Position numbers and translations under genes: made by a program | DNA from: an uncultured Acidobacteriota bacterium | Lineage (GTDB): Bacteria > Acidobacteriota > Vicinamibacteria > Vicinamibacterales > UBA8438 | Assembly (NCBI GenBank): GCA_913043225.1 | Contig: CAJWLU010000026.1 | Coordinates: 1 to 47,790, forward strand | Length of the DNA: 47,790 nucleotides | Reading direction: 5' to 3' | Shown: piece after piece, positions 41,559-47,790 of the stretch | Position numbering within the stretch: position 1 is the first letter of the stretch | Layout of the letters: each line of letters starts with the position of its first letter | Notes under the pieces: model-generated | Databases searched by the model: none | Told to the model about the DNA's origin: nothing | The model's input: only the letters and a program-made list of their open reading frames with translations

Positions 41559-42398
41559 ATGGCCTGTTCCCATTGTCACGACGTTGGTTGGCGTACCGTC
41601 CCGGGAGACGACGCCGGACGGGTGGAACGGTGTGAGTGTTGGCGGCTGGGCGTGGCCACGACCCAGCTTGATGCGGCCCGTATCCCGGCCCGGTATCGAG
41701 ACTGCGACCTCGATTCCTTCGTGACCTATCCGAACGAAGCGCTGCTCAACGCGATCGACCGGGCGATGCGGTTCGCCGAGGCGTTTCCGGTCGTCGAAAA
41801 AGGGCTCTTGCTGATTGGGCCGCCGGGGATCGGTAAGACGCACATTGCGGTGTCCGTGCTACGGCAGGTCGTGCTTGCCAAAGGGGTGCGCGGGTTGTAC
41901 TACGACACCCGTGACCTGCTTAGCACGATCCGTGCGACCTACAACCCGGTGACACGGACCTCCGAGCTCGATGTCTTACGCCCGGTGATGGAGGCCGAGC
42001 TGCTGGTGCTCGACGACCTCGGCGCCGAGCGGCCTACCGACTGGGTCGAAGAGACCATGAACCTTGTGGTCAATACCCGCTACAACGATCGGCGTCCCAC
42101 TATCTTCACGTCCAACTACGAAGACGCCAGTGACCCTGACGCGCTCGACTCGCTGCTGGTCCGGGTCGGTTTCCGGATGCACTCGCGCTTGCGCGAGATG
42201 TGTGACTTCCTGGAGTACAGCAGCCCCGACTTCCGCGATTTCCAGGGCGGGCCCCCGAGCGGGGAGGAGCTCGAGCGCCGTTGGAAGAGCCAGCCCCGTC
42301 GGACGACCTTGCCTTCCAGGGCGACGGTACGGGCACGCGCGAAGCTCCGCCCTGGCGGCCGTGATCTCGGGTGGTCCGGTGGCCGCGCCGGTGGCTGA
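41559..42398 (+). CDS. DnaC/IstB-like AAA+ ATPase with N-terminal Cys cluster
   Basis: CSHC..CEC, IPARY, GPPGIGKTH, LLVLDDLGAE, TIFTSN, SRLREMC. Confidence 0.88.
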   Translation: MACSHCHDVGWRTVPGDDAGRVERCECWRLGVATTQLDAARIPARYRDCDLDSFVTYPNEALLNAIDRAMRFAEAFPVVEKGLLLIGPPGIGKTHIAVSVLRQVVLAKGVRGLYYDTRDLLSTIRATYNPVTRTSELDVLRPVMEAELLVLDDLGAERPTDWVEETMNLVVNTRYNDRRPTIFTSNYEDASDPDALDSLLVRVGFRMHSRLREMCDFLEYSSPDFRDFQGGPPSGEELERRWKSQPRRTTLPSRATVRARAKLRPGGRDLGWSGGRAGG

Positions 42399-43521
42399 GG
42401 CAGTGCTCGGGCTGTATCTGCACATCCCGTTCTGCGACGCCATCTGTAACTACTGCAACTTCAACCGCGGACTTCTCGATGCAGAGCTGAAGGCCCGGTA
42501 TCTGGTGGCGCTGGAGGGGGAGATTGCCCGGGCGTCGGAGGCGACACCGGTTGATACCATTTTCTTTGGCGGCGGCACGCCGTCGGTATTGACGCCGACC
42601 GAGGTCGAGACCCTGCTCTCGGTGTGCCGTGACGCGTTCGACCTGCGTCCAGGCGCAGAGATTACCCTCGAGATGAACCCTGAGGGGGCATCCAATGACC
42701 GCTTGCATGGTTATCGGGCGGCCGGAATCAACCGGCTGAGTCTTGGTATCCAGTCTTTCCGTGACGAGGAACTGCAGCGATTGGGCCGTCTCCACAGCGC
42801 CGGGCGCGCGGTGGAGGCGTTTTGGACGGCCCGAGCGGCCGGGTTCGACAACATCAGTCTCGACCTGATGGTCTGGCTGCCCGAGCAGACCGTCATTGCC
42901 TGGATGGAGTCAGTCGAGCAGCTGATATCCATGGGCCCCGATCACGCGTCGCTCTATCTGCTGGAACTCTACCCGAACGCACCACTTCGGGAAGAGATGG
43001 CGCGAGGAAGCTGGGAGCAGGCTCCAGACGAAGCGGCTGTCGAGATGTATCACTGCGGACTTGCTGCCCTCGAAGACGCCGGCTATCGTCAGTATGAAAT
43101 CTCGAACGTCGCCAGACCCGACCATCGGTCCCGCCACAACCTGAAGTACTGGTCGGGCGGGGAGTGGCTTGGATTCGGATGTGGGGCCCATTCGACACGT
43201 GGGCGACGGCGGTGGAAGAACGTGAGCGACATCGGCGATTACGCTGCCAGGATGGAAGCGGGAGAGGCGGTCGTGGGCTCCAGCCGTGAACTGTCCGATG
43301 AGGAGCGCTTGACCGATACCATGTTTCTCGGGCTCCGTCTGGTGGAGGGGATCGATCTTGGCCTGATCGAGGCGCGGTTTGGGCAGGACCCCTGGGACCG
43401 CTGGGGCAGTAAGCTCGAGCCGTTTGTCGCGGCCGGTCTGCTCGTGCGGGAGCAACGTCGGCTCAGATTGACCCGGGAGGGTATGCTGCTGGCGAACGAG
43501 ATCATGCAAGTGTTCGTGTGA
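42391..43521 (+). CDS. hemW: Radical SAM heme chaperone
   Basis: YLHIPFCDAICNYCNFN, GGGTPS, YEISN, HNLKYW. Confidence 0.92.
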   Translation: MAEAVLGLYLHIPFCDAICNYCNFNRGLLDAELKARYLVALEGEIARASEATPVDTIFFGGGTPSVLTPTEVETLLSVCRDAFDLRPGAEITLEMNPEGASNDRLHGYRAAGINRLSLGIQSFRDEELQRLGRLHSAGRAVEAFWTARAAGFDNISLDLMVWLPEQTVIAWMESVEQLISMGPDHASLYLLELYPNAPLREEMARGSWEQAPDEAAVEMYHCGLAALEDAGYRQYEISNVARPDHRSRHNLKYWSGGEWLGFGCGAHSTRGRRRWKNVSDIGDYAARMEAGEAVVGSSRELSDEERLTDTMFLGLRLVEGIDLGLIEARFGQDPWDRWGSKLEPFVAAGLLVREQRRLRLTREGMLLANEIMQVFV

Positions 43522-43522
43522 C

Positions 43523-44239
43523 ATGCGAATGAAATCGAAACAGATGACCCAGCACCGACCGTTGGTGAGTCCCGTGCGCACCGGCATGGTGGTGGCGGTC
43601 TCGTTCGTCCTTGGCCTTGTCTGGGGGGCGGGCCGCGGCGAGTCTGCCGCGCAACCGCCAACTCAATCCGTCTCGCCGGAGCCGGCGGCCCCGGTCCAGA
43701 CGCCGGCTCCTCCGCCAGGTACGGCGACTCTCCCGTCGCCAGGTTCGACTGTGTCGCCGGGACCCTCGACCGCCACTGGCGGGAGAAGCGGCACCTCCGG
43801 AGCGGTGCTTCCGCTTGGGGCGGTCGATTCGCTCGAGCCGCCGAGCCGCGAGACTGCTCGGCTGTTCACCGCGGATCATGGGCTCATCCTCAGCTTCCTC
43901 AAGCCAGGACAAAACACTGCGTTCGAGCGGACGATGAAGCGTGTGTTCGAGGCGATGGCGATCAGTCCCGACAATGAGCGGCGGCGGCAAGCCTTGGGAT
44001 GGAAGCTGTACAAGGCCGAGGATCCGCTCGACGGCGGAGTCCTGTTGTATATTTCCGTGTTTGATCCGACCGTGCCAGACATGGACTACTGGGTGCCGGA
44101 GATCCTGAACGAGGCGTTTCCGACCGAAGTGCAGGAGCTTTATGAGACTTATGCTGGCGCATTCGCCGACGGTCAAACGCTTCAGAATCTGACGCTGCTC
44201 TATCCGTCTCCCGATGGTGTGGGTGGAGTTCAGGAGTGA
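43523..44239 (+). CDS. Secreted hypothetical protein with Pro-rich linker (paralogue 1)
   Basis: Hydrophobic N-terminal segment, P/S/T/G linker, C-terminal domain similar to the next gene. Confidence 0.75.
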   Translation: MRMKSKQMTQHRPLVSPVRTGMVVAVSFVLGLVWGAGRGESAAQPPTQSVSPEPAAPVQTPAPPPGTATLPSPGSTVSPGPSTATGGRSGTSGAVLPLGAVDSLEPPSRETARLFTADHGLILSFLKPGQNTAFERTMKRVFEAMAISPDNERRRQALGWKLYKAEDPLDGGVLLYISVFDPTVPDMDYWVPEILNEAFPTEVQELYETYAGAFADGQTLQNLTLLYPSPDGVGGVQE

Positions 44240-44322
44240 TGGTTTGGGTTGGACGGGTTGGTTAGGGTAGAGTTAGCGCCCTTGGACAGCCCTGTTGTAC
44301 GTGTAAGGAAGAGGAGTAGATC

Positions 44323-44820
44323 ATGTTGCGTATGGGAACTCGGAGGACTCGTCTCTGGGGTGGTGCGGCAGCCGTCGCGGCCCTAACCGTCGGCGTCTTG
44401 CTTGGTGGCGCGTTTGCTCCACGGTCCGAGGCAGCGGCTCAGCCGTCCGTGGGCTTCACGGGTGAGGTCGGGATCATCCTGAACGTGGTCGACCCGTCGA
44501 AGGCTGCCGACTTCGAACGCGTGATGGACGCCTATATCGAGACCTTGAGATCGAGCGATGACGCACAGCGCGCGCGCATGGGGTCTGGGCTAAAGGTGTA
44601 CCGGGCGGCCGAAGCCGGACCGAACAACTTCGCACTGTATTACCTGGTAGCTGATCCCGTCGTGAGCGGTGGCAACTACGCGGTAGCTCAGATCCTCGCT
44701 GACGAGTACCTGGGCGGACCGCCCGAGAACGGCGACGAAGTGCGTGAGCTCTACGAGGCCTACACTGGATCGCTGCAGGGTGGCGGCCAGCAGACCATCA
44801 ATCTCAACGCCGTGAACTAG
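44323..44820 (+). CDS. Secreted hypothetical protein (paralogue 2)
   Basis: GAGGAG RBS, signal peptide, domain aligns with the previous gene. Confidence 0.78.
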   Translation: MLRMGTRRTRLWGGAAAVAALTVGVLLGGAFAPRSEAAAQPSVGFTGEVGIILNVVDPSKAADFERVMDAYIETLRSSDDAQRARMGSGLKVYRAAEAGPNNFALYYLVADPVVSGGNYAVAQILADEYLGGPPENGDEVRELYEAYTGSLQGGGQQTINLNAVN

Positions 44821-44847
44821 GAGGCAGAGCGTTCTTCCCTCTGCCTC
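44821..44847. terminator. Hairpin between convergent genes
   Basis: GAGGCAGAG-N9-CTCTGCCTC immediately after the stop. Confidence 0.5.
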
Positions 44848-44957
44848 GACCCGGGTCGAGATTACCGGTCATAGCCTTTCGTTCCCCGCGCAGGTATGTT
44901 GCGGCGCCAGTGGGTCTTTTGGCCCACCGCTGTCGTGCGTTTGTCGCCCGCCTGGGC

Positions 44958-45440
44958 TTAGAAGGCGAAATTGAGGCCGGCATAGAGCCGCTGATAGGCG
45001 CTGTCGGTTGATGACCCGCGCAGCGAGAAAACCCGGTAATCTACCCGGAGTCTGAGCGGTCCGGCGACCGAGATCTTCACGCCTCCGCCTGCGTTGCTGC
45101 CGGAGTTGGTGCCTCCCAACCCCGCGCCGCGCTCCTGATACAAGCCTCCACCGATGGTGCCGTAGAACTGCAGTCCGGCTAGGCTGATCGGGGTCTGGGC
45201 CAGCAGATTGAACATGCCGGTCCGGAGTCCAGGCCCCCCGGCCTCGACATCTTGAGCGGTATCGGCGTACTCGAACTCGAATCCAAGTACGAGCAGGCCC
45301 AGCCCGGCGCTAAAACCGCGGACCGGACGGTTGTCCTGGGCAGTGTTGGTGCCGACGAACAGGGTCAGATCGGCGTGGGCTCTGGCGGCCGGACCGAGCA
45401 GGATCACCGCAGTGACAAGCAGGAAAAGAGGTCGTCTCAT
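44958..45440 (-). CDS. Small outer-membrane beta-barrel protein
   Basis: Signal peptide ending AHA-D, alternating Gly/aromatic strands, C-terminal YAGLNFAF beta-signal. Confidence 0.8.
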   Translation of the reverse strand: MRRPLFLLVTAVILLGPAARAHADLTLFVGTNTAQDNRPVRGFSAGLGLLVLGFEFEYADTAQDVEAGGPGLRTGMFNLLAQTPISLAGLQFYGTIGGGLYQERGAGLGGTNSGSNAGGGVKISVAGPLRLRVDYRVFSLRGSSTDSAYQRLYAGLNFAF

Positions 45441-45519
45441 CGGGTGTGTCGTGGTGGGAGAATCCGTTCGCATGATAGCAAAGAGTGGGGTCGCGCTCCC
45501 GTGATAGAGTGCGCCACCG

Positions 45520-45663
45520 ATGGACCTGCGGCCAAGGGACGCCCAGCGTTCCCCGTGCTAGATGGTTCGCGAGTTCGCCGAAACCGAGATGGCGTCCCAT
45601 GTGATGACGGGGGACGAGGCCCATTGGTTAGTGATCGCCAGGCAGTATTTGGAGGCCGACTGA
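45520..45663 (+). pseudogene. Collapsed acyl-CoA dehydrogenase remnant
   Basis: One frame reads MDLRPRDAQRSPC*MVREFAETEMASHVMTGDEAH-WLVIARQYLEAD*: an ACAD-like N-terminus fused to an ACAD-like C-terminus. Confidence 0.7.
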
Positions 45664-45668
45664 GATCG

Positions 45669-46619
45669 ATGTCGGAGGAACTTGTGGCGACCATCGCGGC
45701 CGTACTGGAGGGAGATCGGCGCGCCATCGCGCGCGCCATCACCCGGGTCGAGAACGATCCGGCCGCTGCGGCGGCCATCATCGGCGGTGTGCATGCCGCG
45801 GGCGGAGGAGCCCTACTCGTCGGCGTCACCGGTTCTCCCGGCGTGGGTAAGAGCTCACTGGTCGACCGCATGACAGCGGCTTGGCGAGCTCGGGGCCGTC
45901 GGGTTGCAGTGCTGGCTGTCGACCCGTCGAGTCCCTTCACGGGCGGTGCGGTCCTCGGTGATCGGGTGCGCATGCAGAACCACGCCGGCGACGAGGGGGT
46001 GTTCGTCCGGAGCATGGCCACCCGTGGCAAGCTTGGAGGTTTGGCTCGGGCCACCTGCGACGCCGCCGTCGTGCTCGATGCGGCAGGGTTCGACGTTGTA
46101 GTCATCGAGACCGTCGGTGTGGGGCAGGCTGAGGTAGAGATTTTCCGGGCCGCTGACGTGACCACAGTGGTGACGATGCCGGGCACCGGCGATGGCGTCC
46201 AGGCGATCAAGGCCGGGGTCATGGAGATCGCCGATCTGTTCGTCGTCAACAAGGCGGATCTGGCCGGTGCCGGTCGCGCCGCGACCGAGATCGAGGCTGC
46301 GCTCAGCCTGGCAGAGCTCCCGCCCGAGGCCTGGCGCCCCCCGGTGCTTCAAACCACGGCAACCCGGAACGAAGGCGTGGGCGAGGTGCTGGACACCATC
46401 GACAGGTTTCGCGAGCATGACGATGCGGGAACGACGGAGCGTCGCCGCGAACGTGCGGCGGCTCGGGTCCGTCAGATTCTGGCGGACAGGGTGGTGGCTG
46501 GAGTGGAAGCCTCGGGCGGCATCGATCGGGCGGTGGATGCAATCACCGACGGCACCCTGGATCCCTATGCGGCCAGCGAGACGTTGCTGAGAGACCGCTC
46601 GAACCGCGAGGGCGGCTGA
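45669..46619 (+). CDS. meaB: Methylmalonyl-CoA mutase-associated GTPase
   Basis: GVTGSPGVGKS, AVDPSSPFTGGAVLGDRVRM, ETVGVGQ, NKAD. Confidence 0.95.
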   Translation: MSEELVATIAAVLEGDRRAIARAITRVENDPAAAAAIIGGVHAAGGGALLVGVTGSPGVGKSSLVDRMTAAWRARGRRVAVLAVDPSSPFTGGAVLGDRVRMQNHAGDEGVFVRSMATRGKLGGLARATCDAAVVLDAAGFDVVVIETVGVGQAEVEIFRAADVTTVVTMPGTGDGVQAIKAGVMEIADLFVVNKADLAGAGRAATEIEAALSLAELPPEAWRPPVLQTTATRNEGVGEVLDTIDRFREHDDAGTTERRRERAAARVRQILADRVVAGVEASGGIDRAVDAITDGTLDPYAASETLLRDRSNREGG

Positions 46620-46631
46620 TACCCTGGACGC

Positions 46632-47066
46632 ATGAAGACAACCCTGGATCACATTGGGATTGCGGTTAGCGATCTTGACGCGGCGCTTGAGTTCTATCGA
46701 GATGCTCTCGGACTCGAGCTAGGTCTCGCCGAGGAGGTAGCGTCCGAACGGGTGCGGGCTCAGTTCCTGCCGGTGGGTGAAGCCTCGCTCGAGCTGCTGG
46801 AAGCGACCGCTCCGGAGTCGGCCATCGCGCGTTCCGTCGAACGGCGAGGGCCTGGCATCCATCACATCACCTTGCGCGTGGACGATTTGCAGGTCGCACT
46901 GGATCGTCTCAAGGCGCGCGGAGTTCGACTCGTCGATGAGCGGCCCCGGGCCGGCGCCGGTGGAAGTTTGGTCGCCTTCATTCATCCCTCGGCGGCGCAA
47001 GGCGTCCTTGTCGAGCTGAAACAGATGCCTGAGGTGCCGGCTTCCGAAAGGAGCACGGACCGTTGA
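46632..47066 (+). CDS. mce: Methylmalonyl-CoA epimerase
   Basis: DHIGIAV, LELLE, GIHHI, FIHP..GVLVEL; follows meaB. Confidence 0.92.
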   Translation: MKTTLDHIGIAVSDLDAALEFYRDALGLELGLAEEVASERVRAQFLPVGEASLELLEATAPESAIARSVERRGPGIHHITLRVDDLQVALDRLKARGVRLVDERPRAGAGGSLVAFIHPSAAQGVLVELKQMPEVPASERSTDR

Positions 47067-47790
47067 GCACACAGGCTGGAGAGGTACGAATTGGGGTCAT
47101 CGGCGGCAGTGGCCTCTACGACATGGAGGCTTTAATTGATCGTGAGGCAATCACGGTTGACACGCCGTTCGGGCCGGCGTCCGCGCCCTTCGTGGTTGGG
47201 ACCTTGAACGACCGGCGCGTCGCGTTTCTGGCACGCCACGGGGTGGGACACCGGCTGATGCCGTCCGAGCTCAACTTTCGCGCGAACATCTGGGGACTGA
47301 AGTCGCTCGGGGTGGAGTGGATCCTGTCGGCCAGCGCCGTCGGAAGTCTGCAGGAGGAGTATCGTCCGCTCGATATCGTCATCCCAGACCAGTTCCTGGA
47401 CCGCACCCGGGGGCGGATTAGCACTTTCTTCGGGAACGGCGTCGTGGCTCACGTCGGGTTTGCGCACCCGTTTTGTTCCGTGTTGAGTGGCATCGCCGCC
47501 GCATCGGCCGAGGGTACCGAGGCTCGGGTACATCAGGGAGGCACCTACGTCTGCATGGAAGGGCCGCAGTTTTCGACCCTCGCCGAGTCGCAGCTCTACC
47601 GCAGCTGGGGGATGGACATCATCGGCATGACCAACCTCCAGGAGGCGAAGCTCGCTCGGGAAGCCGAGATCTGCTACACCACGCTGGCGCTGGTGACTGA
47701 CTACGACTGCTGGCACGAGGGGCATGACGACGTGACCGTCGACATGATCGTCGAGATTTTGACTAAGAACGCCGCGACCGCGCAGCAAGG
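47063..47790 (+). CDS. mtnP: Methylthioadenosine phosphorylase, runs off the window edge
   Basis: Manual translation from TTG 47063: [52 protein letters not shown]. Not in the ORF track. Confidence 0.92.
   Translation, partial: MSTQAGEVRIGVIGGSGLYDMEALIDREAITVDTPFGPASAPFVVGTLNDRRVAFLARHGVGHRLMPSELNFRANIWGLKSLGVEWILSASAVGSLQEEYRPLDIVIPDQFLDRTRGRISTFFGNGVVAHVGFAHPFCSVLSGIAAASAEGTEARVHQGGTYVCMEGPQFSTLAESQLYRSWGMDIIGMTNLQEAKLAREAEICYTTLALVTDYDCWHEGHDDVTVDMIVEILTKNAATAQQ

Noticed and set aside
41559..42398. IS21 element or prophage replication module
   Set aside because: No istA, terminal repeats or phage genes; flanked by housekeeping genes.
45559..45561. Amber readthrough or pyrrolysine in the small ORF before meaB
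   Set aside because: No pyl genes in the window; the surrounding decay points to a nonsense mutation.
45252..45668. 139-aa N-terminal extension of MeaB in the ORF track
   Set aside because: It overlaps the opposite-strand OMP gene; GGAGG and ATG 45669 give a normal-length MeaB.

Overview
High-GC, gene-dense core chromosome. The origin is most likely an Acidobacteriota bacterium (inferred from the acidobacterial-type VWA protein, long ArgRS and gene order). No prophage, CRISPR array, transposase or defence island is visible. Gene order: partial Sel1-repeat gene, tRNA-Thr(CGT), secreted hypothetical, uvrA-efp-membrane protein, CDP-alcohol phosphatidyltransferase, uvrC-S2P-trpS-scpAB-rluB-cmk-rpsA-ihfB-HIT, VWA protein, B12-binding mutase subunit, RomR/PopZ-like regulator-valS-(collapsed nadC)-birA-hypothetical-rlmD, argS/mobA, V4R-nfeD-slipin-SPOR-lnt-prfB (+1 frameshift), PBP1A, dnaK-dnaJ-hspR-DnaC-like ATPase-hemW, two paralogous secreted unknowns, an OMP, (collapsed acyl-CoA dehydrogenase)-meaB-mce-mtnP. 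The best leads are: (1) a two-copy ~120-150 bp CTAG-ended intergenic element that contains the stop codon of a convergent gene at both sites; (2) two genes collapsed by large in-frame internal deletions; (3) a RomR/PopZ-like polar scaffold candidate beside valS; (4) a possible DnaC/DnaD-like helicase-loading pair; (5) a tandem pair of uncharacterised paralogues. All family calls come from motif recognition by eye; no searches were run.
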